A DNA stretch of 64,000 bases from Zootoca vivipara (Eukaryota). The position numbers and the translations under genes were made by a program. How positions within the stretch are numbered: position 1 is the first letter of the stretch; each line of letters opens with the position of its first letter. Shown here in pieces: positions 11,320-25,715 of this stretch. The notes under the pieces were generated by a model. That model did no database searches. It had not been told where the DNA came from and worked only from the letters and a program-made list of their open reading frames with translations. The DNA lies in the NCBI RefSeq assembly GCF_963506605.1, contig NC_083280.1, positions 69,192,001 to 69,256,000 on the forward strand, in the 5' to 3' direction.

Positions 11320-14300
11320 CTGTATGCACTAGCCATTACTAAAAAGAAGGCTTATGGGACCTTCCAGGGAGATATCCAGGAGGTTCTGGGCAATTTCCTT
11401 TAGCTTATTAGAAGTCGGGACATAGGTTTGTGTAGGTCTATCAGTGTCCATTAGGCATAGTAGTTGACAATGTCAAAAGGTAGTATACTATGGACTGGGA
11501 CAAATGAGGTGGCTGCAGCCATCCTGCTTAGTCTGAGAGTTTGCCAGGGATCGCTTGTCTAACCATGTTGGGTTAGGCGATGTACCTTTAACCTGATCCA
11601 GCAATGGCAGTTTTTACATTTTTCTTTGGCTTCTGAATCCGGAGCTATTTCTTACTTCTGCCACGTTTGTAAGCCAGAGCAGGTATGCTGAGGGCAAGGG
11701 GGTGGAAGATCCTTTTGAGAGGATCATCCTTTGAAAGAGAGATGTAGCCTTAGCTTTCCTGTGACAGATGCTGAAATCTTCAAGAAAGGTCTGGGATTCC
11801 CAGTACAAATAGAATAAACGGATTATGTTGAAACTACCTTGGGAGGAGGACTGAGTGAGCAGGAAAGGTTGTAAGAGATGCTGCAGAAGCCGATTTGAAA
11901 GTTGATCCTAGAGGGCTGAGCTTCTTTGAATGGTCTCCGAATTGCTCCTTTCCATCATGCCTTCCTTGACTTATGTGCAGAGTGAGCAAGGGGACCGTTT
12001 GCTGCTAAGAAATATTTTGGAAGAGACAGAAACTCTCTTAGGTGAGACTCCAGGTGATGAGCAAAAAGGTACCGGGATTAGAGCTGGCACAAATTGTCTC
12101 TTCTTTCCTTGTCAAGAGATCTGGGGGAAGCAAACATGCCTGCAAAAGTGATAGGAAATTGGAGTGGGATTTCAAAGGCAGTGGAGCAGTCAAAGGCAAT
12201 GCATAATGTGTCTTGTCTTGTTGGTGACTTTCCCTTCTCAGAGTGAGAAATATTGACTCTTCCCCATTACAATCTTCAGCAAGTAAACCTTAAATTCCCA
12301 GCCCTGGAGATGATTGAAATTAACACATGGTGCCTGTTGTATCCCTCCTGCTAAAGCTTCTGCGCTTGCCATTTCCCATCTTCCATTTTAATAAATTGTC
12401 ACCATTGTTGTGTTGGCACTTTTCATTTGAAAGCTCTGCTGCAGACTCCTGATTTCAACTTGTTTGTTCTTGTGTGTCCAAGAGGCAGCGCTGCATAGGA
12501 AGCATTTACATAGGTGCTGTAGGAAGAAGAAAATTACATATTTCATAAAGAGCCCACGGTTTCATTGTGTGTGTGTGTTGCCTTTAATCCCAACTCCTGG
12601 TAATTGCTTTTTAAAGGTTTTATCTCAGTTCTGAAAGGGACTGCTTGCACTGAACTAAAGAATTATTTTTGTTCAGAAAGTTCAGCTTTATGGAGTTACA
12701 TAGAGGCAGGGATTTTCAGAAGGGAATGGCAAAATGGATGCCTGTTTTGTATGTTAAGAATTATCGTTCCCTCCCAAAATACCCTTGTATATTAGCCTTG
12801 CCCTGTTCTGAAGCAGGCAGTGTTGTCATTGTGGTTGAGGACTAGGGAAATGCTGCCTAGATCTAAGCAGGCAATCAACTTACAAACAAGGCATTAACAA
12901 TCTATGGAACTCTACCCAAGACAAGAATTCTAGCCTTGTTCAAACAGGTCAAGTGTAATGTAATATACATGCAAGATGATGCTTCCTCGTATTACTGTGC
13001 CTGGTTTAATCACCTCCAACACCTTTCCTTGGCTTAGCATCCTTTTCTGTATTTCTGCCTGTAATGTTTGGAAGGCTAAAGAACTCAAAGATCATCTTCT
13101 CTCACTCTTCTTTCATCTCTCTCTCCTCTTCCCCAAGCTTTGGAAATAGCTCCCCTTAATTTAATTTTAGACTGCCTTCCCAGTCACATTTTGGTCTTAA
13201 GGTGGAAGAACATTATTTCCGGCCATTCCAGTGTTCAAATAAAAGCCTAGGAAGAACTTGCACAAAAGGAATTTCAGATATAAAAACTTGCCTGACCCTG
13301 GCTGTGTAGAAACCCACCTGGGCCATAATACCATAGGAAAGGTTTTTCTGCTCCCATGCTGCACCCGAAATAAGGTGGCAAATACCTTATTTCCTTTGTA
13401 CTGTGAGTACACACGTCTTGGGGAAACTGTCAGAGCATAGCCCAATGGTCTCAATAGCAGGTCTGCCAAACCCTCCAGTCAAGGTGTGTGGGATTTGGTT
13501 TACTGATTCATTCTGCTGAAATGGTCATTGTTACGACATTATTATTTATTAAATTTGTATACCACCCTTCATCCGAAGATCAGAGGGCAGCTCTCAACAT
13601 AAAAAGACAAAATGAGAACACGCAATGCATAATAAAAACAATAACAAACCTCCCACAAACACATTTAAAAGGACACTGGCATCAGATCGGCAACAGAAAG
13701 AGGCTCACCTTTCCCTGAGGATATACATTGATCTGCACTGCTAACAGAGTTTATATCTGGCTAAGATAGCAGAGCAGCACTAAGTTACAGGCTCAGTGAA
13801 CCGGGTCTGTTCGTAAAAACAAGTAACTGGACTTGTCCGAAAAGGGTGCAGAAACCGTTAACTTCTGATGGGCAGTAAATGCTACAATAGATGTGCCAAT
13901 GTGTGGCTCAGCATGCTGTCTTTTGAAAAGCCATAAACTGAATCATACTCGTACAAGAGTAGAAGTTATTTTCAAACTTGTTATTGGGCACACAGAGGGA
14001 GGAGCACAGAGCTAGCACAAACTCATTCCCATTTCCCCCCACCTTTCGTGTGACAACTCATTTTCATAATACGTGAAAAAGGCTTATGTTGCGAGTGTTT
14101 GGGGGTAATTCCTTGCTCGGTGGAGAGTTAGATGGAGACATAGGTGAGTTAAGTTCAGCCTAGTCAGAAATGGGATCTTCACTTCTGAATGGAGTTAGAA
14201 AATGAGGAAGAGGGGAGTAAATTGGGCATGGCCTCTGATGCAGTAATTACCTGCTTAATTACCCGCGGTGGGGGCAGTGAGCTATATAAGCTTTCAAAAA

Positions 14301-15819
14301 AACTTCGCTCCACCTTAACTGCTGTGTGGAATAACATCTTTTCCATGTCTACAGGGAATTGCCTTGATTAAAGTACCTGTGAAATCTGAGTTCTTTGTAC
14401 GGTAGTTTTTAAAGGGTTGGAGTCTCCTTGAATCACCTTGTGACACCTGTATCTCATACATCTACATATATCATGGTCTCTGGGCTATGGCTTGAGATAA
14501 GAGAATTGGAGTTTTCTTCTGTCGTTCTTCTAAAGAGACATTCCCTCCTTTTCTCTCTCTTTCGCCTGTGGTTTACAAGAATGGAACAGCCAGAAAGTGT
14601 CATCTTCATAAGAGAATAAAGACACAAACTAATAGGAAAATCCATATTTTTAGCCCAGAAGGTCAAGGCAACAAGGTGAAGACAGGACAGGCTGCTTCCC
14701 TGGGTCAAGATGAAATTTCTGCTAGTGTTCAAGGCTTTCAGTGCACATTTAACCTCCATTGTAATCCAGGAAGGCTTGAACGGGCTACACCCATCCTGTG
14801 GCTTGTTCAGACATCACAAATAAGATGTGCAATTAAATTCATGTTGAAGTGTGATAAATGGCTGGTACTAATGAGTGTCAGTGGGCTCCTTCAGACCTCT
14901 TTATTGAGCATTCATCCTGATTTCCTTAAACAAAGCACACACAGAGAATATCATGTCCATTCTCTGTCAAGCACTTGTTCTGCCTTTCTTATCTTTTCCT
15001 ATCCTCCTCTCGTTTGTGCAATGCTTAGGGAAGCTGCTTAAACCCTGGGCCTAAAACCTGAAAACGTACACAATTTATATGCATCAGCAGAAGTCTGAAA
15101 AGCCTTGGAGGAGCACGCTTAACCTTTTGAAACAATCACATTGAGACTTCTAGCATGGAAAATAGGAAAGCTAAGTTAATTACAGGATATACAAGTAAAA
15201 GAGTTCCTAGATCTGTTTAACTAAGTTGGAGGTGCAAAGCAGCCGTGCTTGGTCATTGATCTCAGCAGAGAGACACAAGGCGTCTCCTTTCTCATGGTAG
15301 AATAAAGAAGGAGGAGAGGAGCAGGAAGTGAGGTCAGCAAGCCTAAGAGGCATCAGTCTAACATCAGAAGGAAGTTCAGCACAGGTTAGGTCAAAGAGAG
15401 TCTAGGAAGCTTGGAGGTGTCTACCTTTTCTCCATGCAAACCCCATCAGCCATAAAACAAGCTGAGTTGCATCTCAGTTGAATCCAGCAGAGTATTCATT
15501 CTGATTCAGTTGCAGGGAGATCATATGACCATTTATCCTCATTTGTTTGCGCTGTGTTTATACATCTTGTTGCTAATCATGCATTCCCCTCTTGCTTTCC
15601 TAGCTACAAAATAAATAAATAAATTCATGTTGTCGTTGTTGTTCTTAAAGTGGATTTATTGCACCAAGGTGAGAGAGCGCTTTAAATCCACTTCAGCTCT
15701 GCAAACCTAAATTTTCCAGTATGTGTGCTTGAATCCCTCTCACAGTCTGGAGCCGACCAATGTAGGTAAGCCATAAAGCCTTCTGAGGTTTTTGGAGCAA
15801 TTTTAAAAAATTGTTTTAA

Positions 15820-16011
<192 letters not shown>

Positions 16012-16829
16012 CCACGGACCAGGAGAAATGGTCTAGATGCAACACAGATGTGAGGATCACGAATGCTGCTGTGCTTCCTCTGCTGGATAAGTAGCATCGT
16101 CACATTCGGTGTTCTGTGGACAAAGGCCTCTTCTCATGGAATGACAGCATTCCTTCCATTGCTGCACTGAGAAACAAACTCTGGCAAAGACTGTTAACAA
16201 CGGCAACTTTTCCTTTAAAAATACCTAAGCAGAAATGCGAGCGCACTCTGCCGTCAACATTTATCTCAACTGCTTTGCCCTCTCCCCACCCTCACCCGCC
16301 ATGCATCCACGCAGTTTCCATATTTCCCTTTTTGTTTTAATCTCTCAGGAAGGAAACCAAGCAGACCACCAGAAAAAACAGCTTTGGATATTGCAGCTTC
16401 TTTTTCTCTCTCCCGAACAAACTCCTGCATTCCAGCAAAACAGCTTAGCAAGGATGCTTCAAAGCAGCAGCAACAATACTGCTTGCCTCAGCAGCGGCTA
16501 GAATTTTAAGTACTGCTGGGGCAAGAAATGCCCATCAGATTGACCCAACACTTCATCTTGTCCTGATCCTGAAGCTGTTTTGAAATTGTTGGGCTTTTTA
16601 TTAAAGAGAACGTGGTGGAAGGGGACTATAACCTGACAAAAATGATAAGTGTCAAAGCTGATACTATTCTTTTCTGTGTCCATGAGTCCAGGGGAGGGTG
16701 GAGAGGGGGAGGGATTGCTATGATAGGCCTATATCTGCATCCATATTTGCCTTTTATCAGCATCCTCTACAGGAGAAGAGTATGGAAGCTCAAGAGTAGG
16801 ACAGCCCTTGTTTAATTTTCTTTTAAACG

Positions 16830-16835
16830 ATTAAA
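16830..16835 (+). terminator. Candidate MICU1 polyadenylation signal (ATTAAA); alternatives are ATTAAA 16600 and AATAAA 18788
   Basis: Variant hexamer about 820 nt after the stop, with U-rich sequence downstream. No transcript evidence. Confidence 0.3.
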
Positions 16836-17423
16836 GGCTTGGCTAAGCATTTATGGCTTTTCTGCACAACCCTTTCGTCCCGACTTGTACATGCACTCCA
16901 ATGTATATGCCCCACTTTATAATCTGCCCCCCCTTTAAATGAGAGTGTTTGCTCATCATGAATTGTCCCCCCCCCATAGTCTTAAAGCTGCTTTTTTTAC
17001 AGAGTTCTCAAGCGCTTGTAAAATATTACTTTAATTATAATGGTTCCCAACAAACAGCCAGGCTTTCCTATGTCATCTTTCTCTTTCCTGGAAGCTTTGT
17101 GAATTTAACCAGGTTTGACTTTCCATCAGCAGCCAATCTATAAAATACAGTTGCCTTGCTGCCAGATGCAAAAAGGGAGGAGGGCTATTTAAGGCAGCTG
17201 GCGGCTCTCTGGGCTCATCAGCCAACAGCCCCATTTTCATGAGCAAGACGGGAGATGATGAGCTTTCCTATCTGAGGAGCCCTGGAATACTAAAAGCCTT
17301 GCCTCCCGTTTCCATATTTAGCCTTTGCGTCGCCACTCATCAGAAATTTGCAAAAGTGAAGATCCAGCCAGAATTGCTAGTGGAATGGGCTTATAAGCTC
17401 AGAAGCCATTTCTGGGTTTGTTT

Positions 17424-17482
17424 GTTCCTTCCTTCCTTCCTTCCTTCCTTCCTTCCTTCCTTCCTTCCTTCCTTCCTTCCTT
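17424..17482. repeat. (TTCC)n microsatellite
   Basis: Direct reading. Confidence 0.95.
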
Positions 17483-20400
17483 TATAGGCACAACTTGTCT
17501 ACTTAATTTAAAGCAGCAGTTCATACTATCAATTTAACATTGAATACTAGTTGTCATCTCAAGGCTTTCATTCGTCTTTGTGATCTGCGCCTTCCTGCCC
17601 ACTGTATTAACTTGTCTGTCACTCTTGCACTTATTTGAAAGACTGGCAAAGCTCAAAGGCCTGTGCCATGATTGCCTATTTAGCTGTGTGAAAGATGTGT
17701 TTCAGCCTGTATAAACTCACACGTTGCTATCAAGCTTGGCTAAGAAGCTCTTGGAGCCCATTGCCGGGGCGCTGGTAAGTGCTGCAAGAAAGCTGTCCTT
17801 GAGAAAATAGCCCATTTGTCTGAAAGCCGGGCAGGTGAGGTGTTCAGTTTCATTACCAGAGAAAATTGCCCATATTATTTTTTGCTGTTTGTTTAAATTC
17901 AGACACCCTTGTTGATTGCAGAGATATCTCAAGAGTAAAGCCAGCCCCCGAGCTGTGTCACTCATAGCAGCACATAGTCAGCGAGAACATAGGGTGGCAC
18001 TCAACTAAGTCTTGTTCAGGATAGAGCAACTGAAAGGAATGGACGTCACTTAGTCATGCTCATACATTTCAATGGGGCTAGTGGTAAAACTTAGTCATCG
18101 CGCTTTCAGACACGGTTCTCTCTCAGCCCACCCTGGAGATGCTAAGGATTGAACCCAGGAGCTTCTTCATGCAAAGCAGATGCTCTGCCATTTGGATCTG
18201 GCCCTTCCCAACACGCTGCACAGTCCAGCTGCCATGACTGAGGGAGGGAACCTGCTGTGCAGTGCTCTATAGTGGCCTGATTTCCAGTTCAGCTGAGCAA
18301 GCTGACAGGCCAGCGCACGTTTCTTAATCTGGCACAGCTGCTCTCAACATCCTCCGCGGCTTAGATTGGTGTTGGGAAATGTTTGTTTCCCCTGCTTCAG
18401 TGTTCTCCATCGTTCCCTGCCTTCTGAAAATTGAGTGTGTTGCAGGCATGGAGACAGGGTGCAGAGAGAGAAAATTCAAAATATCTTTTTTTTAAAGCCC
18501 CAAAATATAAACACGTTTCCCTACAAACGAAATATGATGGGGAATGAGGGTTGTGTGTGCTTCTTGCCTCTGGATGTTGGCCGCAGAGACTAGTGAACTG
18601 TGCATCTCCGAACTCCTTCACCAGCTGGGCTTGAGAATTAGGCTGGAAGGAAGGAAACTTGAAATCTACTGTCTGCTTTCCTTCAGTTTCAAGCAGGGAT
18701 GGGATGAGTCTCCCTGAGGATGTGTCTCCTCAGACACATGTCCCTCCATGATCTCATCTCTCCACATTAGATCATTTAAACTGCGAGAATAAAGGCCACT
18801 TACAGTTTAAGGAATGTGGGACAAGGCTTGGAGAGGGGCATGTCTTCTCTGCTTACGTGACCTATAGTAGCCCCGCCACTCAAGCTGACTGCTGCTCAAT
18901 TTTAGCACGGAGTGGCTGTGTTGGCAGCTGGCTCCATGGAGGCCAAGCTCAAGGAACCACCCTCTGAACCTCTTCACACAAGTTGGAGCCGCTGCTGCCA
19001 TCACCAACGCATCAGTCCCTCTGCTCAAACCAGGAGATTTCTGGTTTGAGCAGAGGGTTTGCCTTAGGTCTCCTATGGCGTTAACTCCCTATATTCAGGA
19101 TGTGTGCTTTTCCATGAATGGGACTGGGAGGCCCCATGGAAACAGAATAAGCTGTTTGCTGCATCTGCTGTTAAAGGATGAGAAAGGCAGAGGGAGGGAC
19201 AAAAAAGGTGGGAAACTGTTCTGTATCCCATTGCAAAACCAAACAAAACAAATGTCATGGGCCTTGGCTTACAACTTTAGAATTCAGAGAGATTCTGTCT
19301 GTTTCTGTCCTCACGTTCTCTCTCATGCACACATCCTCCTCAGGCACACACATTCGTATGTAACCAAGGCAGTAGCAATGTCACAAACATGCCAAGAGGA
19401 TGACAGTAACGAAGAGAAATCCCCTAGCCATTGGGTGATGGTTGTGTAACAGGATCCCTCCACCCTCCCCTGCTGCAGCGAAGTGACTTTGCAAAGTGAA
19501 GAGGCTGATCTATAGCACAAGTCCAGCAGCGGCTACCCAGGTAGGTCAACAAGCATTTGTTTGGTTGAGCTGTTTTGGAAGGATGTCCACCATGTTGGTA
19601 TACAGATGTAGCTCTCCCTGTCCCGGAGACTTTGCCACAGTATGGGGGCTTTTCATGTCACAAATCCAAGAATTTGAAGAGGCAGCACTCTGCCTGGAAC
19701 TGTAGCATCGCTGAGCAGCCTCCACCTGCTGCTCTGCCTGTTCCGCTGAGAACTGACAAAGGACTGAAGAGTCTTGGACCATTGGAGACACGATGAAGCC
19801 ATGCATTCTGGTTCCTCATTGAAACTCCCAACCTCAGAGAAACAGCCAGGTTTCAAAGGCTGGTGTCAGCATCTGCCAGGACCATTGCATGGACCACTAG
19901 CTGATGACCCATGTCTAGGACTTCCCTGCTGTTTGTTTTTCTGGCCCAGCATTCTAAGCAGTGACAGGCTGCCAGATCTAGCCACCATTTTAATATCCCA
20001 CAATGCCCCAATCTGGCATTACTCCTGAGGATTGTTGGAAATGACTAGACCCAGCCCCCTAGCACTGCTCAGAGTGCTACCACCCTTGGCAGGTATGTTT
20101 AGCCAGGCCCACTGGCACCACCAAATGGACCCTTTGCCCAGGTCGCTCTCAAAAATCGGAGTCTGTTGACCCTTCATTTGGGTGGTCTGCAAAAAATTCT
20201 TCCTTCGGCTACATCCGGGTTCAGGTCTACCACAGGATCCATTGAGGTGGAGAGTCCATCTCCGTTGGCTGCGTCTGGAGTCTGGAGCACATTCAGCTAT
20301 GCGTTGTTATATTGTGGTTTGATGCTGTGAACCGCCTTGAGACCTGCGGGTATAGAGCCGTACAGTATACAATTTTTAAAAAATAATAATAATCCTGGGT

Positions 20401-21592
20401 ATACTTTTGCCGGCTTATTTCATTCAGGTGCAAATGGACCTTCAAATTAATGGATTCAGGCTTCAGTCCAACGCAGTGGGTCATGCTACTGTGGAGGCAG
20501 GGTGGAGAACCTCAGGTTGAATGTGAAGCTCCAAGCCCCTGGGACTCCCCGACCATACCCCTTCCTGGCCTGGCTTCACACCCTCCTTGAATGTTTTTCC
20601 TTGGCTGAAACGTGTCCTTGAGGTCTGCTAATGCCTCCTGCTTCCCCGGGTGGCTAGAAGCTAGAGATAGGTGTGCATTTGCATATAGAAACAAGCCTGC
20701 TGCGCGAAAGTAGCATTTATATGAGTTGTTCCACAAAGTTGTGGCTCCTGAAAGGCTGTCTAGAAGGAAATGCATTAGACCTGGTGCTGGAAAATGTCCC
20801 CCATCTCTGATGCATAGGGTTGCATTTTAACTTGCTTACCTCTCAACAATGATCTTTTAGACCGACTTGTTTCTAAATACTGTAGCTCCATATGTGCTAG
20901 CAGTAATCCTGCTTCCGCAGGTCAAAGGAGTATCTCTGGTTTTCAGGCTTCCCTTTCGGTATGCATTAAAATGTCACACTGGCTGAGAAAGATAGGAGAC
21001 TCGTTGCCACTGCATTGGAACATGGCAACAGCCTTTAGTGAATCAGGTCAGTGAGACATCTAAGCATTCTTCCTCTGACAATATTTCCACCCCAAGATAG
21101 AAACTTGGAGCAGATGCAGGAAATAAACGGCTGTGTGTCTTCAAACATGGGGGTTTTTTTATTTAAAAAAATTCTCTGTGGTTACAAAGATGGCCCATGC
21201 ATTCCTGCAAGGTGAGTTGATTTGCCTACAGCAAATTGTTGGCAGCTATCCACCCAGCGGAGCTGACCTTTGCATCCAAACAGACAGATACTCTGCAGCC
21301 AAATGTCTCTTTGAGCCAACAGGGTGCTGAAACTCTCTTGATAACGCTCGTTTTGTCTGTGTTTTGATGGCAGTCTTACTACAGTTGACACCGACCGTAG
21401 CTTTTGTGTCCCCACTTCAAAAAAGCGCGTCTCTAATGAGAGCCTTGTACGGCTAATTGATTCCATTTCTTCTGAGCTGGAGAGGCTTGCCACAGGATTG
21501 TGCAGGCTAGTGTATTAACTATGTGTGTTAACTCCTTAGGGGAAAAAACGGGAGAAGGTGCAAGAGGGGAGTTTCATTCTAGCAATTATATA

Positions 21593-21838
21593 CAGTTGTA
21601 CATTGGATCTCGAACGCCTTGGCTCCCAAACAAATCTGCTCCTGAACGATTGAAACCCAGAAGTGAGTGTTCCAGTTTTCAAACAATTTTTGGAAGCCAA
21701 ATGTCTGGCGGGGCTTCCACGTCTTCCGATTGGCTGCAGGAGCTTCCTGCAGCCAATCACAAGCCGTGCTTGGTTTTTGAACGTTTTGGAAGTCGAATGG
21801 ACTTCCAGAACAGATTCCGTTTGACTTCCAAGGTACGA

Positions 21839-21840
<2 letters not shown>
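21593..21840. mobile_element. Tc1/mariner (Tigger/pogo-like) MITE with an internal hairpin
   Basis: ta|cagttgtacattgg...ccaaggtacgact termini; internal 14-bp stem at 21728-21758. Confidence 0.7.

Positions 21841-21871
<31 letters not shown>
21841..21871. repeat. (AC)n microsatellite
   Basis: Direct reading. Confidence 0.95.
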
Positions 21872-21875
<4 letters not shown>

Positions 21876-22288
21876 ACCAGAATGAGACATGGTTCCATTG
21901 GAAGATACTGTAAGCAAAACAAAAGAATAGTTGTCAAACACGAGAAGAGAGTAGGCTCTCAGTCTTGGAAGATTAGAAATGGCAAGCCAGCATCTGAGAT
22001 GAAAGACAGCTTGTTCACCAGCACCCATCTTCTGCCAAATACAACCATAGGAGATTGACGAACTGTGTTCCAGAGCAGGAAGCTCACACACAGTCCTTCC
22101 ACATGAAATCCTGGTGACCCCATGGTTTTCCATTTCACTAGTACAATTTATGGGGAGGGTCATATTGTTGTAGCTTTTGTTATGCAATTGGATGTTGGAA
22201 TCTTTGGCTGATATACTACGAAGTCCCCATGGATCTCCCAAAGATCCAGATCTACCTTTTGCACACCCCTGCTATGAGGCACAATTTC

Positions 22289-22966
22289 TTTTTTCTTTTT
22301 CTTTTAAATAGTTTTTATTCGTTTTACAGATAAGCATAACAATTTAAACATAACAAACAGATACAAAAAAGACAAAAAAGAAAAATAATAAAAACAGAAA
22401 TCAAAATGCCATACATCCTTTTGCATTAACATTGTAAAAAGGGGACTTCCTCGAGTTCCCCCAATCTGCGGTTCATTTAAATTCATCTTTCGCAATTTCT
22501 AATTCATTATTTAAAACTTCTTCCTATTTCAAATTTCTCATTTCACCAAATTATTTAACATAATTCACATACCCGCAGTTTCTATACACTTCTAAATCTA
22601 ATCTCAATATACAATTTTACCATATACTGTATATTTTTAATACACTTTAAAATCTTTCCAATCTTCTTCTATCGCTTCTTCTGCCCGGTCACGTAGCCTC
22701 CCGGTCATCTCAGCCAGTTCCATGTACTCCATCACTTTCATTTGCCGATCTTCCACTGTTGGTATCTCTTGAATCTTCCAGTTCTTAGCTAATAATACTC
22801 TTGCCGCCGCCGTAGCATACAGAAAAAAAGTTACATCTTTATTGGGAATCTCTTTTCCAACTATGCCCAGTAGAAAGGATTCTGGTTTCTTAATAAATGT
22901 GTTTTTCAACACTCTCTTTAATTCATTATAAATCATCTCCCAGAAATCCCTTACTAGTGGGCAAGT
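22289..22966 (-). mobile_element. 5'-truncated L1-clade LINE with A-rich tail
   Basis: ORF 22637-23071 contains CPLVRDFW...ARVLLAKNWK (L1/Tx1 ORF2 C-terminus). TSD tatgaggcacaatttc (22273-22288) / tatggggcacaatttc (22967-22982). Confidence 0.88.
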
Positions 22967-23897
22967 TATGGGGCACAATTTCAGTACAGTATGCATATAA
23001 AGACGACGAGGCACAGGAGACATCACCCTTCTTGTGAATTGAGTGTGTGCCCAAGGCCATCCCTCTTCCAAGAATCTGCAGTGCCCAGAGTTTCAATGAC
23101 AGCTACATAGTACTGTACTGGCTTGGCAGACAAATGTGGAAAGAGGCTGCTGAAGACTTAAAAGTTTGCAAAGCACTCTTGCAGATTGCTTGCCTTCTGC
23201 TAAGGTACAATTTATGAATTCTTACTAAATTGAATCATTTTTAAGTTTTTGATATGGTTGATCCTGCTTTTGTATTGGGAGCTGTACTTCTTTATTACAT
23301 TTTCATAAATGTGAAGTTCTTGTCTTATATAGAACAACAAAGTACCAAACAACACTTATGCATGAAACCAGCTTTCCCTAGCAACTGTTTGTGCCTCCAT
23401 GGGGAATTCTCACCTCTGCAGTTTGAGAAAAGCCACGAACTGATACATTCTATCATTTCAACCATTGGTGACTGAAGCAACAGGGTTTCGGGTGCAGGGA
23501 GAAATCTGCAATATGAAAACATCACAGCAGAATTTTAGTTAATTCCCCCTCTGCAAGAAACAACATTTTTATCATGAGCAAGTAACATTCCTTGCAAGTC
23601 TTGATTGTCACTGTTGCAAAGACAGCTTACTCTCCTAGGAATAATTCTGTTTCTTGCTGTGCAGCGCCGGATGGGCTGGGATTCAGCTAGGACTGGTGAC
23701 AGTTGCTCTGCTTGAATTGTCATACAAAAACACTGTGTGCCAGTAATGAGGCTAGGTATCCAGCTACGTTCCCGCTCTTTCACAGATGCTTTCCACCCCA
23801 AACTTCTGCCAAAGCAACTTTTGTTTTGAGTATATTAGAGCTTGTGATATACGGGTGACTCAGTGCTGAAGTGAAATTGTGTATCCTTGGTCTGATC

Positions 23898-24033
23898 CAG
23901 GGTTTCCCAAACTTGGGTCTCCAGCTATTTTTGGACTACAACTCCCATCATCCCAAGCTAGCAGGACCAGTGGTCAGGGATGATGGGAATTGTAGTCCCA
24001 AAACATCTGGAGAGCCAAGTTTGGGAAGCCCTG
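23898..24033. mobile_element. 136-bp hAT-type MITE (older variant)
   Basis: Same internal sequence; TSD gtctgatc/gcctgttc (6 of 8 match). Confidence 0.85.
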
Positions 24034-24345
24034 GCCTGTTCCATCAAGGTAGTAAACTCAGGAACACGTAGCTCATGTTACTTTTGCCTTCCTCCATTCT
24101 ATTTTGTGATCCTCCTTTTCACTACCACATTTTAAATTTGTTCGTTAATGCGCAGCTTGGGCAATATATCCTCCTTCGTTGCTTGGATCATGAGGCAGGA
24201 ATTTAAAATACGCAAATGTACTTGTGTTACTACTTGCAGCATAGGTTGGCAGGGAGGTACTTTCAGATTATTGTAAACAGTTTTCTGTACTAGGTTTTGA
24301 ATTCCAGATTACAATCGCTGTTGTGCTCCCCTAATATAAGACCCA

Positions 24346-24634
24346 GGCCCCTAACTGCGCTAGACATTTAAAGCATTATCATGCCACTTTGAACAGTCAC
24401 GGCTTCCCCCAAGGAATCCTGGGGGCTGTAGTTTGTTAAGGGTGCTGAGAGAGGTGTGGAGATGCCTCACAGAACTACAATTCCCAGAGTGGCTTAACAG
24501 TCCCTCTTACCAGAGAGATCTGGGGATTGTAGCTTTGTGAGGGGAACTCAGTTCTCACAGCTCCAAGGATTTTGTGGGGGGAACCACAGTGTCTAAAATG
24601 ACAATCATGCTTTAAATGTGGTACAGATGGGGCC
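24346..24634. mobile_element. Palindromic non-autonomous DNA element (partial relative at ~34670-34780)
   Basis: Inverted ends ggcccc...catttaaagcat / atgctttaaatg...ggggcc; internal actacaattccca motif. Confidence 0.65.
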
Positions 24635-25601
24635 CCATATTATATTCAAGGATATAATGTAGGTTTCACTGATAGAAAGCACACATTTCATCGGCTGCAT
24701 CTCCAAAATCAGATAATATTCTGGACAAATTACTCATCTTCCAGCCTAAAAGCTAAAATGTTCTTTCCCAGCTGCCCTGTGTTGAAAAGATTGCCCAAAG
24801 ATAACTATGATTGGACCTGTTCAGCAATATCACCATGGAATATGTCAGATGTGAATAGATGTTTTTCTCTGAAAAATACACCCTCATTAGTTTCATTGTA
24901 ATGAACACATAGCTGGTTGGATCTGCAGACATTAACTGCTTAGGGAAGTGGCTGTTACAGGCCCATCTGTGGATATGAAAACATTTAGCAAAAAATGCCA
25001 TCCCATTATAAAATTGACAATTTCTTTTTTCCCAGACAAAGCAATGAAATATAGTTGGCTCCTTTTATATTTAGAGATAGTTATAGTTTGTTATGAAAAT
25101 CGGATTAAGGGGGAGGGACAAGGATACACTTAGCCCTAACTTACAAGTAGCAGGAATACTACTTTTCATTACCCCAAAAGGAGCAGATATGGCATTCAAG
25201 AGCATATCAGAATATGATGCCCTAAACAGAAATTCTACAAACACATTGAAACTATATGCAAAATTGGGGAAATCTCAAATGTGTTTTCCAAAACCACAAA
25301 AACACTCTTCCTTTATAGATTCAACCCATCACTGGACTGTTGAGATTCTATTGGTTAAAGAGAAAAAGGAAAGGGTTAAATTCTGCTCAATCACCCCTGC
25401 AGTAATGTCAAGAACTGTGAGTGAACTTTGGCAAGAGCCAATCCCATTAGGTTCCAGCAGAAACTTAAGTGAGCTGAAACTTAATGGTGTTCAGCGCTGG
25501 TCCAAGGCTGATTGCTTTCCTTGAGAGAGAGAGGTTGCAGCCAACAAAATAGTTTTCAAACAAGTTTGAAGAGAGACTTTTCAGTTGTCTTGGGGGGTTC
25601 C

Positions 25602-25642
<41 letters not shown>

Positions 25643-25715
25643 ATGTCCCCCGCCCATCTGACTGGGTTTTCCCCAGCCACTCTGGGCGGCTTCCAACAAA
25701 GATTAAAAATACATT
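25602..25715 (-). mobile_element. L2 3' end with expanded (TTA)n tail
   Basis: cgcccatctg...ccccagccactctgggcggcttcc directly follows the TTA array. Confidence 0.85.

Noticed and set aside
21500-22241. 137-aa and 220-aa ORFs
   Set aside because: They run through a MITE and an (AC)n microsatellite, with no protein family features.
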